Assembly (NCBI GenBank): GCA_051294375.1
Contig: CM119270.1
Coordinates: 20,854,417-20,918,416 of the forward strand
Reading direction: 5' to 3'
DNA length: 64,000 bases
Source of the DNA: Paraspadella gotoi
Taxonomy: Eukaryota; Animalia; Chaetognatha
The notes under the pieces are model-generated. The model was not told the DNA's origin. It ran no database searches and saw only the letters and a list, made by a program, of their open reading frames with translations. The translations under genes were made by a program, and so were the position numbers. Within the stretch, counting starts at the first letter, position 1; each line of letters opens with the position of its first letter. This document shows, piece by piece, positions 13,284-25,084 of the stretch.

Positions 13284-13472
13284 ACCCAATATCTCTCTCT
13301 CTCTCTCTCTCACACTCTTCTTCTGCACAAAAATTTTTCAATATTTCAAAATGTAATAGACGCTGATGAAGGCTTGAACACTACAAGCCGAAACATGTCC
13401 GTATTTGAATAAATAAAAATTCGTAACTCATAAACAATGAAAAAGAAAGGATTTTCACACCACCCAATATCT
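13284..13472 (+). mobile_element. 167-bp hammerhead-carrying retroposed insertion with an 11-bp putative target-site duplication
   Basis: ACCCAATATCT occurs at 13284-13294 and 13462-13472, bracketing the ribozyme and AATAAA (13408-13413). Confidence 0.7.
13355..13408 (+). ncRNA. Minimal type I hammerhead ribozyme (Penelope-like/retrozyme type)
   Basis: Stem I ACG(13360-62)/CGT(13400-02); core CTGATGA (13363-69) plus one extra A; stem II GGCTTG(13371-76)/CAAGCC(13384-89) with a 7-nt loop; GAAA (13390-93); palindromic minimal stem III ACATGT; GTC cleavage triplet ending at 13399. Confidence 0.88.
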
Positions 13473-14694
13473 AATTTTATTCACTGAAAATCAGAAGAAT
13501 ATAAATATATGAAATATTAAAAATACGAGTATAAAATTTACCTATACTTTTAATTTGACCTTCTTAAATCAGAAAACTAAAGAAATCTTAAACTTGAGTA
13601 CATTTCTTTGTGTCGTTGACCTTAATTAACTGACACCTTGACTTTCGAATTGAAATGACAAAATTAATGGATTACACTAATCAGAAAAGTCGTTAGTTTA
13701 AATGTTTCTTTCGCGTGGAAGACTAAACTCTTTCCTCAGCCCTCCCTTTCTCTCCCCACGTTTATTTATTTGTTAAGTTTATCGTCTTAATTTAAATTTG
13801 TAATCATTTCACATTAGGTGATCGTGAGAAAAAAGTAATTGTAGTTAAGATATATATAAAATATATTTACTAAAAAATAATTTTATTAAAAAAACATTAA
13901 TTTGCACCAAAAAAAAACCAGAAAGTTTTTTTTTTTTTTTTCATTCCCTGTTCGTCAGATGTCGAGCGAGATTAAGAGATTTAATGGAAAACAGTTACGG
14001 GGCCGATGGCGCCTTCCGCTTGGTGCCGCAAATTAATTGCGGCGCCGGGTTTAATCTCCGTTGAAGAATGATGATGACGAAGATGACAATGATGATGATG
14101 ATGATGATGATGATGCTGACATCTGATAATTATCGTGATGATGATGATAGAAACTCCTCGGACCAAATTAACGTGCTTATTACAATTTTTTTCTCCAATT
14201 TTCAACGTAAATAATATTTTACTTATGCTGCATTTATTATTGTATCATTGAATTAATTATTCCTAAGCGATTTTGTATTAATAGATAACTTTGAAATTGA
14301 ATAGTTATTTTTCTCCCGTAAATTGTAATTTTGTACAATTGAGCCGGACTTTGTCAAATTCATTTGCGTACGTTAAAGGAATTACAATTAACGATATATT
14401 TTACAATTCGCCGTGAAAACCCAAAAAGTGATTCCCCTTTGAATCTTTATCACCCTCAGTCGCTCACAAACTTCCCTTTCCTCTTTCAAAGGTTTGCCAA
14501 ATCTTTTTCTCCGTCGAAGATTCATTGCAAATTCTTCCATCGTCGTAATCCAAGTCACAATGTGAACTCAAATAAATTTCAACTCTGTGATTTTCCAAAG
14601 ATTGACGATCGGTGTTTTTAAAACGAATATTATCTATCTAATTAGATTTGAGAGTATTATGACATAAGTTTCAAGTAAAAAAATTGACTGTAAT

Positions 14695-14792
14695 TTCTGA
14701 TTTAGCTCAATGACAACTCTTAAATCAGACTTAGCTCAATCAGACTTAGCTCAATCAGACTTTAGCTCAATGACAACTCTTAAATCAGACTT
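14695..14792. repeat. Short tandem repeat (TCAGACTTAGCTCAA) in a calsyntenin intron
   Basis: Directly visible, with TGACAACTCTTAAA duplicated. Confidence 0.8.
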
Positions 14793-14903
14793 GTTGATTC
14801 TTACAAACAACCACGTGGCATCGAATCGATTCACGTGAACTCACCAACCCTTACCTTCACCTCTCCCTTCCCTCCATTGCACCCAAACCCGGGGTTCATT
14901 CAG

Positions 14904-15059
14904 GTCTTCCCGCGAACCTGAGAAAACTGGACTCTTGCGTGGTCGAACCCAGGACTCCGTTGGACCCCGCGACCGAGAAGCTTCGCTACCCGGAGCATCT
15001 CATGGCGACGTTGCAGTTGGAACCGCGATTGGAACAAGGACAGAAGCTCGTCATCAAAG
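14904..15059 (+). CDS. CLSTN: Calsyntenin exon D: (G)LPANLRKLDSCVVEPRTPLDPATEKLRYPEHLMATLQLEPRLEQGQKLVIK(G)
   Basis: TTCATTCAG acceptor, AAAG|GTGCAG donor; 156 nt, phase 1 to 1. Contains the LDxCxV...L...E.L pattern of calsyntenins. Confidence 0.88.
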
Positions 15060-15174
15060 GTGCAGGAAAAGTCGCTCTTAAGCCACCGGGTCATCTCACG
15101 TATACTTTGATTGGCGTGAATGGAAAGTAAATGTATGGCGTTGTACTGATCACAATATCCATTTCATCGAACAG

Positions 15175-15320
15175 GCGTGGAACATCCCTTCAACTATCAA
15201 GAAGTTCTTCGCCAAATTATCTTCACGTCAAAAACTCCGCAGAATAAAGATTCACAGTCGTTCACGGTTCACTGCTCCGAGCAAGAAGGTCGATTCACAT
15301 CCAACTCTGTCACAGTTCAG
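15175..15320 (+). CDS. CLSTN: Calsyntenin exon E: (G)VEHPFNYQEVLRQIIFTSKTPQNKDSQSFTVHCSEQEGRFTSNSVTVQ
   Basis: Branch-like TACTGAT near 15144, AACAG acceptor, CAG|GTCAGT donor; 146 nt, phase 1 to 0. Matches calsyntenin GV....YEEVL..L.Y...F.L.CSELNGRY.SN. Confidence 0.92.
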
Positions 15321-17537
15321 GTCAGTTTTACTTTTTTTTCGTTTTCCTTTTTTACGATTCGGTCGTTGGACCGTCGTCGTCGTCGTCGTCGTCATGTGCC
15401 CTTTTTTCAATTACTTGTTACTTCACGATCGTTGCGCTACCATTTTAACAAATCGATCTATACAACTTTTGTATGTCTTTTGAAGTGAAATATATAAACA
15501 AACAAACAAGTATAAACAATTTTAAAAAATTATTCCACTTGCCTCTTGAAAATTAGTAAAGCATTGCATAAAAGTTTATTTATTAAATATTCTAGATATA
15601 TTTCCTCCTTTGTAGACATTGGTCACTATGGACCGGCTTGTAGGGGTTCTGGGCTTTCGTCTTTCTTCAAACATAATAATCAATCTGCAACTAGCAAGAC
15701 CCTCCAAGATTTTATTCGAGAAACTATTTTGAATTATTCGTCTTCTTCGTCGTCGTCTTCTTTTTCGTCGTAGTCGTCATCATCGTCTTCTTCGTCGTCG
15801 TCGTCGTCGTCGTCCTCCCGTTTTATTCCTTCTCGTTAAAACAAAAGACGGTTGGTCGCCGTTGTCGTTGTTGTTGTTCTTTATCTAGTCGGCGTCTTCG
15901 GTGTTATCGCCGTCGTTGTCGTCGTCGTCGTCGTCGTCCCACTTCACTTTGCATCGAGACTTTTTGTCGATTTCAATGACATCATTCTAAAACTCAATAA
16001 TAAGTTGATGTGAAGAACTGTTGAAATGACTGTTGAGAGCAGTGAATTGTGCAGAGCGATGCATGTTGCTGAACGTGCGTAACATATTTTGTAACTAATG
16101 GGGACGTTAATGTATCAAAATATGCGAACAATTAAAAAACCAACAAAATTGGTCATATATATTTACATACATATTTACTATTATTTAGCCTATCCAAAAT
16201 CAGGGAGTATATTGTTTATTTATTAAATTAATGGAATTAAAAATAAAACAAAATAAAATAAAAATCCCTGTCAACTTACTTAAATGTCGTTGACAGATAA
16301 CGAATTTTGTTTTATGTATGTATAAGCTCGTAGAAACAATGTCTAAATTAATGTCAAATTTTTATACTCGCTGTAACAATTTCATACATCAGAGAAACCA
16401 ATGGAACCTGATAAGTTTACTTTTCGAAATATAAACTAATTGACCTTCACGCGCTGAATATTCTGGAAACGAAGCCTCAAAAGAACATTATGACGAAATA
16501 GCAAAATCGCAAATTCGTTTTGTACTTTTTTGCCAAGAGTTTTTGCAGAAAGAGAAAGAGGATGAGGAGGAGGAGGAGAAGAAGAAACCTAAATGGCTCA
16601 ATGAAACCAAAAATCAGAATCTCTTTAAAAGTCAAACGACAGAGAGAGAAAAAGAGAAGAAGAAAATAGGGAGAAGAAAAAGGAGAGAGGAGAGACGAGA
16701 GAGAGAGAGAGAGCAAGTTAATTGATCTTGTCACCCAAGATGGCTTTTCCGAGAAATAGAGCACTAAGAGAACCTCATAGCGTGAGGAAAACTCACATTT
16801 TTTGCCATTTGGTAAATTTTTAAAGTCCCGTTTTTATCTTAAAAATTTCGTGAAAAACTTAAAATGATACAACCCCTAACAAGAGACAACAGTGTGAAAA
16901 GATTGTGAATCTATTTTCAGCTCTGGTCATCTCTGTGACACTGATCACGGATCCTGTGAGAGATCAGGCGACCTTCTTCTTCACCATCGCCATATTCAGT
17001 TCACTTCCCCCGCCCCCCCCTTCTTCAGGCGTGAATCTCTCTCGCCTCGTTTCGAGTCACGTTTTCTCACTCGTCTTTCACTCACGCGTGATTCTCGACA
17101 GACGTGATTTTTTTTTCTTATCGTCTTCGTGGCGAAGATCGAAAGACGGACGACGACGTCGTGAGATGTCAGAGTTCACGGTTTGTGAAAGTGAAATTGG
17201 AGTCATTTTAAAAGGTTGGATCTCCGGTGAAACGAAGCCTTTAGCTTCTTACTCGCGTGGACGAGATCCTTCTGGTTTGCCCGAGGCCTTCCGGACGTGC
17301 ACCATGTTCACGTCTTCTTCCTGGAATGGCAGAGAATCTCGAGGCGTGCACGAAGCCCTCCTGACGTACACGCAACCATACTGCGTGTGCCAAAGCATCC
17401 TGACGTGCACGAAGCCATTTCTGGTTCTTATGAAGGGCGGGCGCTGAAGCGAAGTCTCATTTCTGTTGCCTCATTGAGTCTCGAAGGACGAGCGCTCGTG
17501 CGAGGAAAGGATGCGGAACGAGTTTTCTCTCTTGTTC

Positions 17538-17570
<33 letters not shown>

Positions 17571-18451
17571 TTTTTGTTGTTTTTAATCCTTTCCTTAAAA
17601 TTTTAATTGAGAAATATTATGATTTATAGTTTACAATGATTAATATACCCTCTTTAGTATTCATTTTATTCAATGATAGATAACTAAAAATTTTAAATTT
17701 TATTTTTCTCACGATCGAGTTTCGTTATCTTTCTTTTTTTTAAATTTAAATTAAATATTTTATTTTTTTTTTCTTCCTCCTTCATATTTTTCTTTAAGTT
17801 TTATTTCTTTTTTTCTTTTTCTTTTTTTTATCTCTATCGAAGGAAAAATCCGATGTCGTAGACGCGCGTGAAAAATCTTCTTGTTGTTGTTGTCGTCGTC
17901 GTATTCGTTGTTTTCGTTTGTTGTTTTTATCGCGTTAGTATTTATTGTTTTGTTTGTTGTTTAAGTCGTTTCCCTTTTTCTTCGGCGTCATCTTTGTCGT
18001 CGTCGTTGTCGTCATCATCTTCATCATTGTTGTCCTTTTTTTGTCATCCTTGTGTTGTATAATTGTCGTCTTAATCCTCATCGTCTCTTTTAATTCTTCG
18101 GCATCGTCATCGTTTTCTTCTTCGGCATCGTCGGCCCTATTGTTGTCGTTTTCGTCGTCGTCTTCATCGTCGTCATCGTCGTCTCACCAGTTTGTGTTTG
18201 TCGTTTCAGTTAATGATGGCGACTTTTATTTCTTTCTTTTTCTTTTAGTTGTGAGTTGAAAGGAAATCGTTACTTTCCTTCTATTTCTTTCTTTTTTTTT
18301 AAATTCTTAGTTTTATTTTTTATTTCTCGTTTTTTTTTATTTCCCTCTTTTATGTCGCCGCTCTTTCTACTTTCCCCACCGTTTTTATGACCTTGAAAAA
18401 CCGACGGACGGGGAGTGCGTAGACGGCGGACGGGAAGGACGACGGACGGCC

Positions 18452-19065
18452 CCGTCCTCTTCCTCCCCCTCTTACTCCCTCTCCTCTGTCTTCCTGTCTC
18501 CCCTCCTCTTCCTATTCCTCTCCCCTGTTCCTCCCCCTACCCCTGTTCCCCCCTCTTCTTCCCCCTCCCCTCTTCATCCCTCTCCCCTCTTCCTCCCCCT
18601 CTTCCTCTTCCTCCCCCTCTTCCTCCCTTCCCCGTCTTCCTGCCCCTCCTCTCTCCATTCCTCCCCTGTTCCTCCCCCTACCCCTGTTCCTCCCCCTCTT
18701 CTTCCCCCTCCCCTCTTCACCCTCTCTCTCTTCCTCCCCCTCTCCCTCTTCCTCCCCCTCTTCCTCCCTCTCCCGTCTTCCTCCCCTCCCCTCTTCCTAT
18801 TTCTCCCACTGTGCCTTCCCCTTGCCCCTTCCTGCCTCCCATTTCCTCCCCTCCCCCTCTTCTCCCTCTCCCCATTCCTCCCCTCTTCCCTCTTCCTCCC
18901 CCTCTTCCCTCCCTCTCTTTCTCCCTCTCCAAGCTCTTCCTGCCCCTCCCCTCTTCCTCCCCTACCCCTCTTCCTGCCCTCCCCTTCTTTGCTCCCCCTC
19001 TTCCTCCCCCTCCCCTCTTCCTCTTCTCCCCTTTCTCCCCCTCTTCCTTCCCTCTCCCCTCCCTT
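18452..19065. repeat. C-rich polypyrimidine low-complexity tract (longer counterpart at 28198-29222)
   Basis: Degenerate CTTCCTCCCCCT / CCCCTGTTCCTCCCCCTA units; source of spurious Pro/Leu/Ser ORFs. Confidence 0.9.
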
Positions 19066-21140
19066 GAACTTAAAAAGATTTCGAGTCTTTTATTTTCTTT
19101 CTGTTTTTCGCCGCAATTGTCGCTGTCGTCGTCGTCGTCGTCGTCGTCGTCGTTGCCATCGCTGCTGTTGTAGTCATTTTTTTCTTCTTTAAAAACAAAA
19201 ACCCCAACCAATCGATTGCATTTCGCCCTCCATTGCAACCAGAACGGAACCATCTGAATGCAATCTTGAAAAAAAAATAGAGAACTGAATTCGTCATCGT
19301 CGTCTTCGTTTTTTATCTTTATCTTCATCTAGATCGTCGTCGTCGTCGTCGGCCTCCTCCTCCTCCTCCTCCTCCTCCTCCAACCTTTGGCGATTTTACA
19401 ACCGTTTCGTCTGCGTTTTGTTGTTGTTTTGTTATTTACGATTCTTTCCTCGCTGTCGTCGTTTCTCGATTCGCCGTCGTTCCTTGCGTTGAAGTTGTTT
19501 TCTCTTGTCACGTTACGATTTTCGTCAAGTCGGTCGGTCGGTTACTTTGTATATCCGAGATTGTTTTACATGTCTTAACCAACTTTGTCTTGCAATAATA
19601 AGATTGCATCATTTGTGATATTGCAAAGATTAAGTTTGGATGATTGCTTCGTTGGTAGATTTTCATTGCGATTGATTCTCTTGCTGATGGTAGAGATGAT
19701 TTCTTGCAGATTGTCCGACTTTTTACGAATTCAGTAGGAATCTTTGTTTATTCGTTGGAATTGGATCACTTTTTCTCGATGCACCAAATATTGTAAGAAA
19801 CTGTAAGGATTTTGTATCGACTGCTTTGTCTTAATTATTTTCATTTCTTTTCTTTAATTAATAAACTGTAAATCAGGTTAGCCAAAAATGATAATACTAA
19901 GCAACGGTATTGTCCAAAGTATTGACCAAAACTCACAATATCTTCTTTGTTGAGAATCACGGTCGATATCTCATCGGATCTTGGCTTAGTTTTTTGTTTA
20001 TTCCCTTCTCTTTTAATATTCATCATTCGCGATTAAAAATAATGACGCAATAATGACACAAAATGACTCAATAATGACGCGAAAATTACCTAAATTCGTT
20101 CGCTTACGTTCGAATGATCATAAGCGAAAAGTAAAGATATAGGGTACAACATTTTTTTCTGTTTCTCGTTACGAAAAGTTTAGGTTAATTGAATTAATTT
20201 CGCGTAACTGAGTTATCGCTTTTTCAACCTCAGATACGAGAGAGAAAAAATATTTATTTAGGATAAAAAAAATTGTTTAATTTGTTCATAATGTCGTTGC
20301 TTTTGAGACAATTAAGGATTTGTTGCGTAATATTTTAAGGACTACAATCTTTATCTTTCCTTGTAAAAAAAATATTTTTCTCAATCATTTTTTTTTATTC
20401 TCTTTCTTTTAAATTTCCCTTTTATAAATCTTCCCCCATAAAAAGTTGTTTTTTTTTTCAAATCTTCCTTTTCAAAAATCCACTTTGCCAAATCATTCCC
20501 CTTTCATCTATAAATAAATAAAAATAAAAAATCCCCTAGATAACAACACTCTCCCCCTCCAGATCCCCTTCCCCCCCAACAGAGAGAATCCCTCTACACA
20601 TTTTCGATTTTTCTATCTTCCAACTTTTATACGATTTGTAAGAATTTTTTTTTACGAGGATCAAAAAAAAAGTAGGAAATGTTTACGATTTAGAAACCGA
20701 ATTTACAAACATTTCGGGTCCAAAAGTTAATTCGCGTGACCCACGATTTAAAGAGCGTGAGGATGATTTTTATCGCTTTATCCCTCTTATCATTTTATCA
20801 CTTTATCACCTTTTAAAAACGTTATTCTTTTATCATTTTAATTCCCTTATCATCTTATCCTTTTACAATTTGTTTTATTATCACAATCCCTTTAGGAACT
20901 CTGCTCTTTCCTATTTCCTCCCCCCTATCTTTTAAAAGGCTAGGGGTTCTCAGCTTCTTCCTCATTTCCGCAGGGCCTTTTACATCTTCCTCCTCTTTCT
21001 CCTCCTCCTCTTCCTCCTTATCCTCCTCCTCCTCTTCCTCCTCTTCCTTCTCCCCCAAGACCGCGTATTCCCTCTTCTCTTCTTTTCTCGTCCCTCGGCT
21101 TTAAAACAGGCAGCCTCTTCTCTCTCATCCTCTCTCTCTC

Positions 21141-21200
<60 letters not shown>

Positions 21201-21264
21201 TCCTCATTTTTGAATCTTCCTATATTTACGTCTAGCTTTTCTTCGTCGATTGACCGAAAATACA

Positions 21265-21306
<42 letters not shown>

Positions 21307-22061
21307 CTCCTCTCTCTCTCTCTCTCTCCTCTCTCTCTCATCGTAATCTCTCTCTCTCATCTCAACTACGACCTACAAATTGCTTCAGATGTAAATGATT
21401 CACGAATAAACATTTTTCTCGAACTATTTTTCGATTTCACCCGAAAAAATACTGTGAAGAATGAAATAAACGATCGGTTAACTTTCGAGGTCACTCGACC
21501 TTTCGGCGCAAATTTTTTACAGTGAGCCCGCGTTCGTTAAGATTGGACTTTTCCTTCGCTAATTTTTTTTGTTAATATTGTTATTTTGTTTAAGCAGATA
21601 TTAACCTTTAAAACGAACTCAATTCTTATCAAAGCCAAAAGATATCAATTCTCGATTGAATGTTTTTGTAAACAAATAACTGAAAATACTTTACAACACT
21701 TGACAATATCGATCAATAAGCAAACTGCATAAAGTGTCCAGATTCGCCAAAACAGAAACAACAAAAAATACAGTAAAACCGTCTCCCGGGTGTACCGATC
21801 TCGTTTTCTTCTACAGTAAAATCTGCAAATCCGGTGCATATTTTTTTTCCCTCCGACTCTAGCTTTCGAAGTAAAACATATCTGACCTTTTTTTTTACTT
21901 TTTGGCCGAACAACGATCAAATAAATATAATAGAAGAAAAAAGCGGATACGAAAAAAAAATAAAATACCGTGATACTGCGATATATACCGTATTACGGCC
22001 GAAGGAAAAGTATAAACAAAACAAAAAAACCACTAATACAATCGTAAATAAACAAACAAAC

Positions 22062-22334
22062 ATGAACATGTTTGCCCGTCTACTCGTCGTTGTCGGTCTG
22101 ATCGGTCTCGTGTCGGGCGCCTCGGCTCGGGCGGCCGCCGATTCAGCCGACGCCGCCGCCGACGCCCCGCTGGGCGACGTCGCCGCCTTCAGCCTCGAAT
22201 CCGCGGAGCAGCAGTGGACGGACATCAGCGAGAAAAAGCTGGAGTCGCAGATGGAGCAGCGAAGGGAAAGCGATGGAGTGGACGTGAAGTGGGAAGCGCT
22301 GGAGCGAGAGGGGGCGTCGAAGCAGAGGAGCGAG
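22062..22334 (+). CDS. First coding exon of an unidentified secreted protein (signal peptide + acidic pro-region)
   Basis: CAAAC-ATG start; GC-rich coding-like island; MNMFARLLVVVGLIGLVSGASA signal-peptide pattern; KK and RR sites; ends at GAG|GTATGA donor (phase 0), or at TGA 22338-40 if unspliced. Confidence 0.7.
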
Positions 22335-23066
22335 GTATGAGTGATGGGGAAGGAATGCTGGGGAGGAAGGAGCTGTGGTGATGATGGGGAAAGGGCTGCT
22401 GGAGAGAGGATCCGTTTCGTTTCGAGGAAACGCCCTTGGTGAACGAGAAAGATTTTGAAAAACCGAAATAGACTAAACATTAAAATTTAATGTTGAAAGT
22501 AAAAAAATTAAACTCCAATAGAAAGAATTTAAATGTATGTAAACAGGAAAACTTTATATCAAACTTTTTAGTAAATTAAATCTTTTAGTAATGGAAGGTC
22601 AAAAAGTTCCACATTTAATATTATTTTCTCAGTGAAAGGATTTACGTACGATAAAATAATTGAAAGATAAAAAATAAAGATAGAAATAAATATAAAAACT
22701 CGAAATAATTTTGAAAAATAAATTATTATTTTATTCTAAATGTTACTATTGTACTTGTATTGTATTTGTATTGAATCTAAACTTTTATATGGAATCCTGG
22801 ATCAACGACATTTTAGTCTTTAGGTCAAGCGTAACCAACTGACCAGGCCTGGAGGGGAAGGAGGGGGTCACAGAGCAGGTGGCCTCAATGACCACCTGAG
22901 AAGCAGGTGAACAGAAAAATAGGCGAACAGGCGAACGACCGATCGAGGAAGGATTTGTGAGGATTTAAAGTCCGAGACAAATTGAGAAATGAAATGAGAT
23001 TTTTAGATAAGGAAACTGCGCAAGAATGGAAAGATAAAGAAAGAAAAAAAAAGAAAGAAAGAACGA

Positions 23067-23109
<43 letters not shown>

Positions 23110-23146
23110 CAAGATAGTAGAACAAGGGAAAAAAAAAGAAAGGCCA

Positions 23147-23560
23147 CTACGGGAGACGTGAAAAAGGAAAAGGGACAAAGATTAATAGTTGAACTAAAAA
23201 AGACAAAGTCAAAAAGGACAAAGAAAGAAAAAAGGAAAAAGGTAGATGACGAAGCAAAGCTGGCGCCGCAAAAAAAAAAAATGGGGAAGAAGTGCTGAGC
23301 AAAAAGTTGCAGTGCCACCGGCGTCGACCAGCACCGTCTTTAGCGCCGCTGGGCGCCGGAATCTCCGGAACAAAATGGGGGGAAAACCGGCGCCGGTCCG
23401 TGACCGAAGTCGACCTCCCAGGTGCGATGGCTTTGTTGTCGTCGTCTTCCTCTTCCGCCTCCTCTTCATCTTCCGCATCCTCTTCCTCTTCCTCACGAGT
23501 TACGCTTGACCTTTGGAACCAGTTCCACCCTGAGGATCGAAATCGCTGACTCTCTCTCTT
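23147..23560 (-). CDS. Putative terminal exon, 137 aa: KRESQRFRSSGWNWFQRSSVTREEEEEDAEDEEEAEEEDDDNKAIAPG...GAKDGAGRRRWHCNFLLS...LSFLTLSFLVQLLIFVPFPFSRLP*
   Basis: (CT)n-CCCCCTAAAG acceptor, 411-nt open frame to TAG, GC-rich, acidic run using mixed codons, hydrophobic C-terminus. Not in the ORF track because it lacks an early start codon. Noisy copy at ~33068-33465. Confidence 0.5.
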   Translation of the reverse strand, partial: KRESQRFRSSGWNWFQRSSVTREEEEEDAEDEEEAEEEDDDNKAIAPGRSTSVTDRRRFSPHFVPEIPAPSGAKDGAGRRRWHCNFLLSTSSPFFFFAAPALLRHLPFSFFLSLSFLTLSFLVQLLIFVPFPFSRLP

Positions 23561-23636
23561 CTTTAGGGGGAGAGAGAGAGAGAGAGAGAGATATCGATCT
23601 GGGATTAGGCTTTGTGGAATTTATATCTGTCTTTCT

Positions 23637-23668
<32 letters not shown>

Positions 23669-24777
23669 TTTTCTTTTCTTTCTTTCTTCTTTCTTTCTTT
23701 CTTTCTTTTCTTCTTTTTTTCTTCTTTTTTATTTTAATTTTTCCTTTCGGACAACGGTGCAAAATTTTTTTTTTGGACTCTAACCGTTACCGAACACAGG
23801 GATCGACTAATTGAACTCAAAGCGATCAATTAAATCAATCAAAGTACAAATAAAACCAGATTTATATTGGAACCTCAGTTTAATTGTTTCAGATTAGGTA
23901 AGGGGTCCAATCTTTTTCGTTTTGCCCCGAGAAGTGGAACTGATTCGTAATTGAATCGGAATTTAACGTTTGAGTCTCGACCGGCCCCATGGGAAGGACC
24001 AAGAACCGTGAGAGTGACAGACTTATAAGAAGAAAGCAACGAGATTAGAAATAGGAGAAGTTTTTATTATTTAATATTTATTATTATTTATTTTAACCTG
24101 AGACCAAAAGAAAGTCAGCAACGCAATAGTTATAACGTAATCATACAAAATAAGAAAGTGTAAAACGTATCTTTGAATTAAAGTTCAAAAGGTATTTTTT
24201 AAACAAACTTTTAAATAACTGAATATTAAACTACATAAACTACATCACAAAAAAATCGAAAAGCAAGAAGAATAATTATTCTTAAAAATATAAAATATAT
24301 CAATGAGCAAAGATAGTTTAAAACTTTCTTTGCAAAGTCAGTTTCTCTCCGTTGATTTGCGAAATCAGCATTTTCTTGCAAAGTCTTTCTTCCCTTTAAA
24401 TTGTTCCTTGTCCAAATTTGTTACTCGCTTCGTCTTCTCGCCGAACTTTGTTGCGAGTTCACATTGTGACTATTTCACGGCTTCTCTGTGAGAGGCTTTT
24501 GGACTGTTAATCAGCTGATTTATACTTTTACTGGGATGGGAGTCAGTCAGTCTGTTTTGTGAATTCTCTTTTTCTTTTCTCACTAATTTTACTCATTGTC
24601 CCGTTTTGTGTGTTGTTTTTTTCCTGTTTTCTTTCAATCGTTTCTTGTTTTGTTCGTCTTGTTTTCTGTTTTCTTTCCTGTTCTGTTTGTCCTCAACACA
24701 AAAAAATCGCGATCACAGAAAAAGCGTCTCTCTCCGTTGGGAGTCGTTTCAAAAGTCACGCGAGTGATGTTTTCACG

Positions 24778-24855
<78 letters not shown>

Positions 24856-25084
24856 CTCTCTCTCTCGCCCCTGTGTTCAAGTGCCGATGTGTTTGACGTG
24901 ATGACGACCCTGACGCCGTGAGATCAACTCGATTATATATCGATTTCTTTCTGCAAAATGTGAAAATGTGAAATAAACGTGAAGTGATGTTTGTGAACTT
25001 AAGAGGGAGATTTTTTTCACAATTATATCGGAATGGAAACAATTCTTAATTAAACTAAAGACTTGCCACCCACACTTCTCATTG

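Noticed and set aside
18415-19328. Long Pro/Leu/Ser or Gly/Arg/Glu ORFs (also 27813-29336)
   Set aside because: Translations of a polypyrimidine tract; frame not conserved between the two copies.
24882-24917. Micro-exon ADVFDVMTTLTP as exon 2 of the secreted gene
   Set aside because: Open in phase 2 but hits a stop in phase 0, the phase required by the donor at 22335; weak splice sites.
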